A stretch of 36,535 nucleotides of DNA. Source: Candidatus Methylomirabilota bacterium (GTDB taxonomy: Bacteria > Methylomirabilota > Methylomirabilia > Rokubacteriales > CSP1-6). Position numbers and translations under genes: made by a program. This document shows positions 27,736 to 36,535 of the stretch, piece by piece. Below the pieces are notes generated by a model. The model was not told the DNA's origin. It was given only the letters and a program-made list of their open reading frames with translations, and searched no databases. The first letter of the stretch is position 1. Every line of letters starts with the position of its first letter. The stretch spans positions 1-36,535 of the forward strand of contig JBKPRI010000394.1 of assembly GCA_046734515.1 (NCBI GenBank). The letters are read 5' to 3'.

Positions 27736-28340
27736 TGGCCGCTGACGCCAAGACCGTCATGGAGCTGCGCGAGCGCACCGGGGCCGGCGTGATGGACTGC
27801 AAGGCGGCGCTGACGGCCGCCAACGGCAACCTCGACGAGGCCGTGGAGTTCCTGCGCAAGAAGGGCCTGGCCGACGCCAAGAAGCGCGAGGGCCGCGAGG
27901 CCAAGGACGGCGTCGTCTATGCCTATATCCACTCCGGCTCGAAGCTGGGCGCGCTGGTCGAGGTGAACTGCGAGACCGACTTCGTCGCCAAGACCGACGC
28001 CTTCCAGGACCTGGTCAAGGACCTCGCCATGCAGGTGGCGGCGGCCAACCCCACGTACGTGGCGCGCGAGGAAGTGCCGGGCGAGGTGCTCGAGAAGGAG
28101 CGCGACATCTACCGCTCGCAGATGGCCGACCAGAAGAAGCCGGCGCAGGTCATCGACAAGATCGTCGAGGGCAAGCTCGAGAAGTTCTTCACCGAGCAGT
28201 GCCTGCTGGAGCAGCCGTTCATCAAGGACGCCACCGGCAAGACGAAGGTCAAGGACCTCGTGGACAAGGTGAACGCGGCCACCAAGGAGAAGATCGGCAT
28301 CCGGCGGTTCGCGCGCTTCCAGGTCGGCGGAGGCGGGTAG
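27735..28340 (+). CDS. tsf: Elongation factor Ts (short form, 201 aa)
   Basis: [23 protein letters not shown]. Confidence 0.97.
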
Positions 28341-28342
28341 TC

Positions 28343-29080
28343 GTGGCGGCGGATGCCGCGAGCCAGCCGGCGTACCGCCGCATAGTCCTGAAGCTCTCGG
28401 GGGAGGCCCTCGCCGGGAGCCAGGGCTACGGGGTCGATCCCGCCGTGCTGGTGCGGATCGGCGCCGAGGTGCGCGAGGTGATCGACCTCGGCGTGCAGGT
28501 GGCGATCGTCATCGGCGGCGGCAACATCTTTCGCGGGCTGGCGGCCAGCGCCGGCGGCATGGATCGCTCCACCGCCGACTACATGGGCATGCTGGCCACC
28601 GTCATCAATGCGCTGGCCCTGCAGGACGCGCTCGAGAAGGTCGGCTGTCAAACGCGCGTGCTCTCGGCGATCGAGATGCGCGCGGTGGCCGAGCCCTACA
28701 TCCGGCGGCGGGCCATCCGCCACCTGGAAAAGGGACGCGTGGTGATCTTCGCCGCGGGCACCGGGAATCCCTTCTTCACGACGGATACTGCCGGCGCGCT
28801 GCGGGCGGTGGAGATCGGCGCCGACGCGATCATGAAGGCGACCAAGGTGGACGGCATCTACTCGGCCGATCCCGTGCGCGACAAGAACGCCGTGCGGCTG
28901 CCGAAGGTCACCTACATCGAGGTGCTGAACCGGCGCCTGGAGGTCATGGACACCACCGCCATCTCGCTCTGCATGGACAACAAGCTGCCGATCGTCGTCT
29001 TCGACCTCAACCGCTCCGGCAACATCAAGCGCATCGTGTGTGGCGAACCGGTGGGCTCGGTGGTCGCGTCCTCCACGTGA
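28343..29080 (+). CDS. pyrH: UMP kinase
   Basis: [35 protein letters not shown]. Confidence 0.97.
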   Translation: MAADAASQPAYRRIVLKLSGEALAGSQGYGVDPAVLVRIGAEVREVIDLGVQVAIVIGGGNIFRGLAASAGGMDRSTADYMGMLATVINALALQDALEKVGCQTRVLSAIEMRAVAEPYIRRRAIRHLEKGRVVIFAAGTGNPFFTTDTAGALRAVEIGADAIMKATKVDGIYSADPVRDKNAVRLPKVTYIEVLNRRLEVMDTTAISLCMDNKLPIVVFDLNRSGNIKRIVCGEPVGSVVASST

Positions 29081-29088
29081 GCACAAAC

Positions 29089-29116
29089 GCGAGGGTGCCT
29101 CTGCCCCTTGAAGAAA
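29089..29116 (+). repeat. Partial/decayed copy of the palindromic element
   Basis: GCGAGGGTGCC is identical to 33874-33884. CCCCTTGAAGAAA resembles the CCCCTTGATAGAAA tail of the intragenic copy read on the minus strand. Confidence 0.45.
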
Positions 29117-29126
29117 GGATCTGCTG

Positions 29127-29681
29127 ATGCAGGACGTGGTGAAAGACGTGGAAGTGCGTATGAACGCCGCGATCGACTCGCTCGGCCGTGAGTTCGCCAC
29201 CGTGCGCACCGGTCGCGCCTCGACCGGGCTGCTCGACGCCATTCGCGTGGACTACTACGGCACGCCGACGCCGATCGCCCAGATGGCGTCCGTCTCCACG
29301 CCGGATGCGCGAACCGTGGTCATCCAGCCGTGGGAGGCCGGGCAGATTGGCGCCATCGAGAAGGCCATCCAGAAGTCCGATCTCGGGCTGACGCCCGTGA
29401 ACGACGGCAAGCTCATCCGCCTGACCATGCCCACGCCGACCGAGGAGCGCCGCAAGCAGCTCGTGAAGACCGTGGCGAAGATGGCCGAGGACGCCCGGGT
29501 GGCCGTGCGCAACGTGCGCCGCGAGGCGAACGACAAGCTCAAGGTCGCCGCCAAGAAGATGAAGGCCTCGGAGGACGAGGAGCGGCGCGCGCACGACCAG
29601 GTCCAGAAGACGACCGACAAGTTCGTGGCCCGGGTGGACGAGCTGCTGAAGAAGAAGGAGCAGGAGATCCTCTCATTCTGA
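29127..29681 (+). CDS. frr: Ribosome recycling factor
   Basis: RTGRAS, VDYYG, P.PTEERRK, RNVRR. Confidence 0.97.
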   Translation: MQDVVKDVEVRMNAAIDSLGREFATVRTGRASTGLLDAIRVDYYGTPTPIAQMASVSTPDARTVVIQPWEAGQIGAIEKAIQKSDLGLTPVNDGKLIRLTMPTPTEERRKQLVKTVAKMAEDARVAVRNVRREANDKLKVAAKKMKASEDEERRAHDQVQKTTDKFVARVDELLKKKEQEILSF

Positions 29682-29740
29682 GACGCGCGGCGCCGGCGGC
29701 TCCGGCTCTCGACGGCCTGGGCGAGCAGGAGCTGCTCGCC

Positions 29741-30451
29741 ATGGTCCGCTCGCAGCCCGTGCCGGCCCACGTCGCGGTCATCATGGACGGCAACGGCCGC
29801 TGGGCGACGCGCAAGGGGCTGCCGCGGGTGGCCGGCCACCGTGAGGGCGTGAAGGCGGCGCGGGCGCTGGTGCGCGCGGCCGACGCCATGGGCCTGCGGT
29901 TTCTCACGCTCTACGCGTTCTCGACGGAGAACTGGAACCGCCCGGAGGATGAAGTCACGACGCTGATGCGGCTGCTCGAGGAGTCCATCTACCGCGAGCT
30001 GCCCGAGCTGATGGAGCGCAACGTGCGGCTGCGCGTGATCGGCCGTACCAGCGGCGTGCCGCTGCCCGTGCGCCGTGGGATCGACCACGTCGTGCAGGAG
30101 ACGCGCGCCAACTCCGGGCTGACGCTGCTGATGGCGTTCAACTACGGCGGCCGCGACGAGCTGCTCGACGCCTTCCGCGCGCTGGCGCGGCGCGTGCGCG
30201 CCGGCGAGCTGGCGCCCGACGACATCGCCGAGAAGCACGTGAGCAGCGCCCTCTACACGGACGGCATTCCCGATCCGGACCTGCTCATCCGGACCAGCGG
30301 CGAGATGCGGATCTCGAACTTCCTGCTGTGGCAGATCGCCTACACCGAGCTGTGGATGACGACGACGCTGTGGCCGGACTTCGGCGCGGCCGATCTCTAT
30401 CGCGCCGTGGCGGACTTCCAGCAGCGCACGCGCCGATTTGGTGGGGTGTGA
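29741..30451 (+). CDS. uppS: Undecaprenyl diphosphate synthase (true start may lie up to about 65 nt upstream)
   Basis: HVAVIMDGNGRWA, YAFSTENW.R, NYGGR, RTSGE.RISNFLLWQ, RRFGG. Confidence 0.95.
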   Translation: MVRSQPVPAHVAVIMDGNGRWATRKGLPRVAGHREGVKAARALVRAADAMGLRFLTLYAFSTENWNRPEDEVTTLMRLLEESIYRELPELMERNVRLRVIGRTSGVPLPVRRGIDHVVQETRANSGLTLLMAFNYGGRDELLDAFRALARRVRAGELAPDDIAEKHVSSALYTDGIPDPDLLIRTSGEMRISNFLLWQIAYTELWMTTTLWPDFGAADLYRAVADFQQRTRRFGGV

Positions 30452-30509
30452 CGTGGCCATCGCTGCGGCTGTCGTGTGGCCCGCCGGCCTGGACCAGCGC
30501 GAGCCGGCC

Positions 30510-31316
30510 ATGCTGAAGCGGGTGCTCAGCGCGCTGGTCCTGCTGCCGATCTTCATTCTGATCGTGATCAAGGCGCCGGCGTCTCTCTTCAACCTCGTCG
30601 TCGTGCTCTTCAGCGCGCGGGCGCTGTGGGAGCTGACGCGGATGCTGGAGGGTGCGGGCCGCCCCGTGCAGCGCACCCTCGGCGTGCTGGCCGGCGTGGC
30701 GGTGACGGCGTCGTTCGGCGCCTCGCGCATGGCCGATCCGTTCCTACTGCCTGCCCTGGTGTTAACGGTGGCTGTCGGGCTCATCTTCGCGGTGCCGATC
30801 TTCCGGGGGACCCCGGCCATCGAGCCGGCCGCCAACACGATGCTGGCGGTGATGTACGTCGGCTGGCTGCTGGGCTACGGCATCCTGCTCCACCACACCT
30901 CGCCGCGCGGGGACGAGCTGATTCTCTTCGTGGTGGGCGTCACGTGGGTCGGCGAGACCGCCGCCTACGCCGTGGGCTCGACGCTGGGGCGCCATCCGCT
31001 GGCGCCGGTCGTCAGTCCCAAGAAAACGGTGGAAGGCGCCGTGGCCCAGGTCGTCGCGTCGCTGGCCACGGCGGCCGCGCTCGGCGCCTGGCTGCTGCCG
31101 GCGTGCGGCACGGCCGTGATGCTGGGCGCGGGCGCGCTGCTCGGCGTGGTCGGTCAGATCGGCGACCTCGCGGAGTCGGTGATCAAGCGCACGGTGGGGC
31201 TCAAGGACACCGGGGCGCTGATCCCGGGCCACGGTGGCGTGCTCGACCGCATCGACAGCCTGCTCTTCAATCTGCCGGCGTTCTACTACGTCGCCCGGCT
31301 GACGGGGTGCGCATGA
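30510..31316 (+). CDS. cdsA: Phosphatidate cytidylyltransferase (alternative start GTG 30453)
   Basis: SPKKTVEG, GDLAES.IKR, KD.G.LIPGHGGVLDRIDS. Confidence 0.95.
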   Translation: MLKRVLSALVLLPIFILIVIKAPASLFNLVVVLFSARALWELTRMLEGAGRPVQRTLGVLAGVAVTASFGASRMADPFLLPALVLTVAVGLIFAVPIFRGTPAIEPAANTMLAVMYVGWLLGYGILLHHTSPRGDELILFVVGVTWVGETAAYAVGSTLGRHPLAPVVSPKKTVEGAVAQVVASLATAAALGAWLLPACGTAVMLGAGALLGVVGQIGDLAESVIKRTVGLKDTGALIPGHGGVLDRIDSLLFNLPAFYYVARLTGCA

Positions 31317-32482
31317 AGCGCGTGACCATTCTGGGCGCGACCGGGTCCATCGGGTTGCGTACGCTCGAGATCGTCTCGAGCTTTTCCGACGAGTTCGCCG
31401 TGGCGGGCCTGGCCGCCCGCGGCTCCAACGTGGAGCGCGTGGCCGACATCTGCCGCAAGTACAACCCCAAGGCCGTGGCGCTGCTCGACGCGGCCGCCGT
31501 GGACCAGCTCGCGCGCCTGCTGCCGGCGCCGCGGCCCGAACTGCTGGTGGGCGCCGAGGGCATGGTCGCGGTGGCGCGCGACGTCGACGCCGACGTGGTG
31601 GTATCGGCCCTGGTCGGCGGCGCCGGGCTCTTGCCGACGATGGCCGCCATCGAGGCCGGGCGCACGATGGCGCTGGCCAACAAGGAAACGCTGGTGATGG
31701 CCGGCAGTCTCATGACCGCGGCCGCCAAGCGCCGCGGCGTGCCGCTGCTGCCGGTGGACTCCGAGCACAGCGCCGTCTTCCAGTGCCTGGTCGGGCACAA
31801 CCGCGGCGACGTCCACCGCATCCTGCTGACGGCCTCCGGCGGGCCGTTCCGCGAGTGGCCGCGCGACAAGTTCGCGGCGATCACCGTGGAGGACGCCCTC
31901 AAGCACCCGACGTGGAAGATGGGGGCCAAGATCACCATCGACTCCGCCACGCTGATGAACAAGGGGCTGGAGATCATCGAGGCGCGCTGGCTCTTCGACA
32001 TGCCGTCCGACAAGGTGCAGGTGATCGTGCACCCGCAGTCGGTCGTGCACTCGATGGTCGAGTACGTCGACGGCTCCGTGATCGCGCAGCTCGGCGTGCC
32101 CGACATGGGCATCCCGATCCTCTACGCGCTGACCTATCCGGAGCGGCGGCCGACGCCCGCCGCGCGCCTGGATCTCACGCGGACCGGCGCGCTCACGTTC
32201 TTCGAGCCGGACCCCGCGAAGTTCCCGTGCCTGCGCCTGGCCCGCACCGCGCTCGAGGTGGGCGGGACGGCGCCGGTCATCCTCAACGCCGCCAACGAGG
32301 TAACGGTCGCGGCCTTCCTCGATCGCCGCCTGCCGTTCAACGATATCCCCGCGCTCATCGAGCGTGCGCTCGACCGCCTGGAGCAAGGCCCGCTGACGTC
32401 CATCGAGCAGTGTGTGGGCGTGGACGCCGAGGCTCGCCGGCGCGTCCAGGAGTGGGTCGATGCGCGTGCCGGAGGTGCCTGA
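31313..32482 (+). CDS. dxr: 1-deoxy-D-xylulose 5-phosphate reductoisomerase
   Basis: LGATGSIG, LANKE, PVDSEH, TASGGPF, HPTWKMG.KITIDSAT.MNKGLE. Confidence 0.97.
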   Translation: MKRVTILGATGSIGLRTLEIVSSFSDEFAVAGLAARGSNVERVADICRKYNPKAVALLDAAAVDQLARLLPAPRPELLVGAEGMVAVARDVDADVVVSALVGGAGLLPTMAAIEAGRTMALANKETLVMAGSLMTAAAKRRGVPLLPVDSEHSAVFQCLVGHNRGDVHRILLTASGGPFREWPRDKFAAITVEDALKHPTWKMGAKITIDSATLMNKGLEIIEARWLFDMPSDKVQVIVHPQSVVHSMVEYVDGSVIAQLGVPDMGIPILYALTYPERRPTPAARLDLTRTGALTFFEPDPAKFPCLRLARTALEVGGTAPVILNAANEVTVAAFLDRRLPFNDIPALIERALDRLEQGPLTSIEQCVGVDAEARRRVQEWVDARAGGA

Positions 32483-32485
32483 GCA

Positions 32486-33850
32486 GTGACCACCGTGGTC
32501 TCGTTCGTCATCGTCATCGGCATCCTGATCCTGATCCACGAGCTGGGGCATTTCTTCGTCGCCCGCTGGACCGGCGTCGGCGTGGAGCGCTTCTCCATCG
32601 GCTTCGGTCCCGTGCTGCTGCGCTGGCGCGGCAAGGAGACGGAGTACGCGCTCTCGGCCATTCCCATGGGCGGCTACGTCAAGATGATGGGCGAGGAGAG
32701 CCCGCTCGAGGGCGGCGCCCAGCCCGACTACGATCCCGCCAAGGCCTTCGCGCTCAAGCCGCTGTGGGCCCGCTTCCTCATCGTCTTCGCCGGCCCCGGC
32801 ATGAACCTCGTGCTGGCGGCGGTGATCTTCGCCGTGGTTCTCGCGACGCTCGGCCGGCCGGTGTGGCCGCCCGTCGTCGGCCGCGTCACCGAGGGCAGCC
32901 CGGCCGCCGCCGCCGGCCTGCGCACCGGCGATGCGGTGACGGCCGTCAACGGCCGTCCCATCAAGTACTGGGAAGACCTCGATCGTGCGGTTTCGAAGTC
33001 GAACGGCCGTCCCCTCGAGCTGCGCGTGAAGCAGGGGGACCGCGAGCAGACCGCGACGGTGACGCCGCACAAGCGGACCACCACCGACCCCATCTTCCGC
33101 GAGGCGCGCGAGGCGTGGGACATCGGGGCCGGTCCCCAGCTCATCCCGCAGATCAGCTCGGCCAGCGCGGGTTCGCCGGCCGAGAAGGCGGGGCTCAAGG
33201 CCGGCGACGTCGTGTTGAACGTGGCCGGCCAGCCCGTCTACACGCCCGAGGATCTCGTGGAGGCCATCCGCTCGCGGCCGGGCCAGTCGTTCCCGATGAC
33301 CATCGAGCGCGACGGCAAGACGCTGACCGTCAACGTCACGCCCGAGCCGGTGAAGGAGAAGGCGCCGGACGGGCAGGAGCGCGAGGTGGGCCGGATCCAG
33401 GCCGGTATCGCCACCAAGGCCGTCAGCTTCGAGCCGTACAACCCGGCGGCGGCGCTCGGTCACGGCGTGACGAAGACGTGGGACATGACGGTCCTGACGA
33501 TCAAGGGCCTCTGGAAGCTCGTCTCGCGGCAGATCGACTCGTCCAACATCGGCGGGCCGATCCAGATTGCCACCGAGGCCGGCCGCCAGGCCAAGGACGG
33601 CATGGCCTCGCTGGCGCTGTTCACGGCCATCATCAGCGTGAACCTGGCCGTGCTGAACCTGCTGCCGGTGCCGATGCTGGACGGCGGCCACCTGTTTTTC
33701 TTCGTCATCGAGGCGATCCTCGGGCGACCATTGTCGCTGCAGAAGCGTGAGGCCGCCCAGCGCGTGGGCTTCGTGCTGCTGATGCTCCTGATGGTCTACG
33801 CGCTCTACAACGACCTCGTGCGCATCGACGCCTTCAAATTTTTCAGGTAA
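32486..33850 (+). CDS. rseP: RIP metalloprotease RseP with two PDZ domains
   Basis: HELGH, GGYVKM, two GSPA..AGL..GD PDZ starts, NLLPVPMLDGGH. Confidence 0.95.
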   Translation: MTTVVSFVIVIGILILIHELGHFFVARWTGVGVERFSIGFGPVLLRWRGKETEYALSAIPMGGYVKMMGEESPLEGGAQPDYDPAKAFALKPLWARFLIVFAGPGMNLVLAAVIFAVVLATLGRPVWPPVVGRVTEGSPAAAAGLRTGDAVTAVNGRPIKYWEDLDRAVSKSNGRPLELRVKQGDREQTATVTPHKRTTTDPIFREAREAWDIGAGPQLIPQISSASAGSPAEKAGLKAGDVVLNVAGQPVYTPEDLVEAIRSRPGQSFPMTIERDGKTLTVNVTPEPVKEKAPDGQEREVGRIQAGIATKAVSFEPYNPAAALGHGVTKTWDMTVLTIKGLWKLVSRQIDSSNIGGPIQIATEAGRQAKDGMASLALFTAIISVNLAVLNLLPVPMLDGGHLFFFVIEAILGRPLSLQKREAAQRVGFVLLMLLMVYALYNDLVRIDAFKFFR

Positions 33851-33852
33851 CA

Positions 33853-33887
33853 GGAGGGGAGGAGGGGAACCCTGCGAGGGTGCCCCT
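33853..33887 (+). repeat. Palindromic REP-like element, intergenic copy
   Basis: GGAGGGGAGG followed by AGGGGAACCCT-GCG-AGGGTGCCCCT. It fills most of the rseP-ispG gap. Confidence 0.7.
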
Positions 33888-33896
33888 ACCAAAAAG

Positions 33897-34994
33897 ATGA
33901 TTAACCGGCGCAAGAGCAGGCAGCTGCAGGTCGGCAACGTCAAGGTGGGCGGCGGGGCGCCGATCACCGTGCAGTCCATGACGAAGACCGACACGCGCGA
34001 CGTCCAGGCGACCCTCCTGGAGATCTGGTCGCTGGAGGCCGCCGGCTGCGACATCGTGCGCTGCGCGGTCCCGGTGCGCGAGGCGGCCGAGAAGCTCGGC
34101 GAGATCAAGCGCCAGATCCGCATCCCGCTGGTGGCCGACATCCACTTCAACTACAAGCTGGCGCTCATCGCGCTCGAGCAGGGCGTGGACGGCCTGCGGC
34201 TGAACCCCGGCAATATCGGCGGCAAGAAGTTCGTGATGGAGGTCGTCACGCTGGCCAAGGATCGCAAGATCCCCATCCGCATCGGCGTCAACGCGGGGTC
34301 CCTGGAGAAGGATCTGCTCGACAAGTACGGCGGGCCGACCTCCCAGGGCATGGTCGAGTCCGCGCTGCGGCACATTCACATCCTGGAGGAATGCAACTAC
34401 CCCGAGATGAAGGTGTCGCTGAAGGCCTCCGATCCGCTGATGATGATCGAGGCCTATCGCGCGCTGGCCGAGCAGGTGGACTACCCGCTGCACCTGGGCG
34501 TGACGGAGGCCGGCACGCCCGGCGTCGGCACCATCAAGTCCGCGGTCGGCCTCGGCGCGCTGCTGAGCGAAGGCATCGGCGACACCATCCGCGTGTCGCT
34601 GTCGGCCGATCCCACCGAGGAAGTGCGCGTGGGCATCGACATCCTGAAATCGCTCGGCCTGCGCAAGGGCGGTCTCACGTTCGTGTCCTGCCCGTCCTGC
34701 GGCCGCGCCGACGTGGATCTCGTCAAGCTGGCCCGCCAGGTCGAGGACGAGTTCAAGACGCTCAACGAGGAGATCCACATCGCGGTGATGGGCTGCGAGG
34801 TCAACGGCCCCGGCGAGGCGCGCGCCGCCGACATCGGGGTGGCGGGCGGGCGAGGGATCGGGCTCATCTTCAAGAACGGTGAAGTCATCCGGAAGGTCCC
34901 CGAGAAGGAGATCGTCTCGGCCATGCGCGAGGAAGTCGACAAGTACCTGGCCGAGCGGAAGGCCGCGAAGGAAGCGGCAGGAGCGAGTGCCTGA
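33897..34994 (+). CDS. ispG: HMBPP synthase (GcpE)
   Basis: VQSMT, ADIHF, R.NPGN, RIGVNAGSL, HLGVTEAG, GDTIRVSL, CPSC ... GC..NGPGE. Confidence 0.97.
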   Translation: MINRRKSRQLQVGNVKVGGGAPITVQSMTKTDTRDVQATLLEIWSLEAAGCDIVRCAVPVREAAEKLGEIKRQIRIPLVADIHFNYKLALIALEQGVDGLRLNPGNIGGKKFVMEVVTLAKDRKIPIRIGVNAGSLEKDLLDKYGGPTSQGMVESALRHIHILEECNYPEMKVSLKASDPLMMIEAYRALAEQVDYPLHLGVTEAGTPGVGTIKSAVGLGALLSEGIGDTIRVSLSADPTEEVRVGIDILKSLGLRKGGLTFVSCPSCGRADVDLVKLARQVEDEFKTLNEEIHIAVMGCEVNGPGEARAADIGVAGGRGIGLIFKNGEVIRKVPEKEIVSAMREEVDKYLAERKAAKEAAGASA

Positions 34995-35326
34995 TGGGCC
35001 AGTACGAGTGCCACGTGTTCGTCTGCACGACCGGCGACGATTGCCCCAAGGGCGGTGACGTCGAGGGCTTCGTGAAGTACCTGCGCGGCGAGGTGGCCAA
35101 GGCCGGCCGCCACCAGGACGTGCGCGTCAACAAGGCCGGCTGCTTCTCGCAGTGCGGGCACGGGCCCATGATCGTCGTCTACCCGGAGAACGTCTGGTAC
35201 GGCGGCGTGCAGCAGTCCGACCTGCAGGAGATCGTGCAGTCCCACATCCTGGGCGGCAAGCCGGTCGAGCGCCTGCGCTACGCGCCGGGCGTCAAGGGCG
35301 CCAACAAGAAGAAAGACGCGCACTAG
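34994..35326 (+). CDS. Thioredoxin-like [2Fe-2S] ferredoxin
   Basis: HVFVC-x5-C ... GCFSQC..GP.IVVYPENVWY. Confidence 0.9.
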   Translation: MGQYECHVFVCTTGDDCPKGGDVEGFVKYLRGEVAKAGRHQDVRVNKAGCFSQCGHGPMIVVYPENVWYGGVQQSDLQEIVQSHILGGKPVERLRYAPGVKGANKKKDAH

Positions 35327-36535
35327 ATGCGGCTCGCGAAGTCGCTCGTCCCCACGCTTCGCGAGGAGCCTGCCGACGCCGAGGCGCTGTCCCACAAGCT
35401 GATGCTCCGTGCGGGGCTGGTCCGCCAGCTGGCCGCCGGCATCTACGTCTACCTGCCCATCGGCCACCGCGTGCACGAGAAGGTCTGCGACATCATCCGC
35501 GAGGAGATGAACGCGATCGGCGGGCAGGAGATCACGATGCCCGTGCTGCAGCCAGCCGAGCTCTGGCAGAAGTCCGGCCGGTGGGACGGGATCCCGGAGA
35601 TGTTCAAGCTCCAGGATCGCTGGGGCCGCGACATGGTGCTGGGCATGACCCACGAGGAGGTCATCGCCTGGATGGCCGCCCGAGAGATCCGCTCGTACCG
35701 TGACCTGCCGCAGATCTGGTACCAGATCCAGACGAAGGAGCGCGACGAGGCGCGTCCGCGCTCGGGCGTGCTGCGCACGCGCGAGTTCGTCATGAAGGAC
35801 TCCTACACGCTCGATCCCGACGTGGCCGCGCTCGACCGCTCCTACGCACTGCACGCGCAGGCCTATCACAGGATCTTCAAGCGCTGCGGGCTGCGCTACT
35901 ACGTGGCGGAGTCCGACCCCGGCATGATGGGCGGCCTCGGCTCCGAGGAGTTCCAGGCGCCGTGCGCGGCGGGCGAGGACGAGATCGCGCTGTGCGCCGG
36001 CTGCGGCTACGCGGCCAACGCGGAGATCGCCCGCGGCGTGCCGGCCGCGCCGGCCTTCCCGGGCGGTGCGCGCGAAGAGGTCGCCACGCCGAACGTCAAG
36101 ACGATCGCCGAGGTCAGCGCGTTCCTGAAGATCGATCCGCGCACGACGATCAAGTCGCTCCTCTACGTCGGCAAGCGCACCGGTCCCGTGCTGGCGCTGC
36201 TGCGCGGCGATCACGCGCTGCACGAGCGCAAGCTGGCCCGCGCGCTGGAGGGCGACGAGATTCGCCCGGCGCACGCCGAGGAGATGCGCCAGCACCTGGG
36301 CGCCGTGGCCGGCTCGGTGGGGCCGCTGGACGTGCGGGTGCCGATCCTCGCCGACGAGGCGCTGCGTGAGGGCACCTACGTGGTGGGCGCCAACCGCGAG
36401 GGCCATCACGTGCGCGGCGTCAGCCCGGGGCGCGACTTCCAGGCGCGCTTCGTCGATCTGCACACCGTCGCCGCCGGCGAGGCGTGCCCGAAGTGCGGCA
36501 AGCCCCTGGCGGTCGAGAAGGTGATCGAGGTCGGC
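35327..36535 (+). CDS. proS: Proline--tRNA ligase (3'-partial, with editing insertion)
   Basis: My translation from ATG 35327 gives MRLAKSLVPTLREEPADAEALSHKLMLRAG ... THEE ... SYRDLP ... RDEARPRSGVLRTREFVMKDSY ... IEVG, running off the window end. Confidence 0.96.
   Translation, partial: MRLAKSLVPTLREEPADAEALSHKLMLRAGLVRQLAAGIYVYLPIGHRVHEKVCDIIREEMNAIGGQEITMPVLQPAELWQKSGRWDGIPEMFKLQDRWGRDMVLGMTHEEVIAWMAAREIRSYRDLPQIWYQIQTKERDEARPRSGVLRTREFVMKDSYTLDPDVAALDRSYALHAQAYHRIFKRCGLRYYVAESDPGMMGGLGSEEFQAPCAAGEDEIALCAGCGYAANAEIARGVPAAPAFPGGAREEVATPNVKTIAEVSAFLKIDPRTTIKSLLYVGKRTGPVLALLRGDHALHERKLARALEGDEIRPAHAEEMRQHLGAVAGSVGPLDVRVPILADEALREGTYVVGANREGHHVRGVSPGRDFQARFVDLHTVAAGEACPKCGKPLAVEKVIEVG

Noticed and set aside
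31286-34150. 954-aa antisense ORF and other long antisense or alternate-frame ORFs (e.g. 34481-36463, 11476-13056, 3659-5221, 15328-16818)
   Set aside because: These are shadows of well-supported genes caused by high-GC codon bias, with no recognisable motifs.

Overview
High-GC bacterial chromosomal window. Gene content and order are compatible with Candidatus Rokubacteria / Methylomirabilota, though this is inference only. The left part (1-15.3 kb) is accessory. It holds a partial hypothetical gene with an internal repeat, a stand-alone class III nucleotide cyclase next to dinB (Pol IV), and a 1413-aa secreted IPT/TIG-repeat protein behind a sigma54-type promoter. It also holds a deletion scar joining the 3' halves of an alpha/beta-hydrolase gene and a frameshifted LysR gene. 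Next comes an apparently repressor-controlled operon: two ferritin-like (diiron-type) proteins, a three-part biotin-dependent acyl-CoA carboxylase, a DinB/YfiT protein and an MFS transporter, followed by an esterase. The middle contains a divergent RpoD-like sigma factor, an ACT-malic enzyme, GT2, an aminotransferase, HIT, an ArnT-like GT-C and nth. The right part is a core cluster: rplM-rpsI-argC-argJ-(S2 leader)-rpsB-tsf-pyrH-frr-uppS-cdsA-dxr-rseP-ispG-ferredoxin-proS (partial). The most notable observations are the diiron-pair/carboxylase operon, a small palindromic repeat family with one copy lying in frame inside a gene, and the sigma54-type promoter architecture ahead of the giant surface protein.
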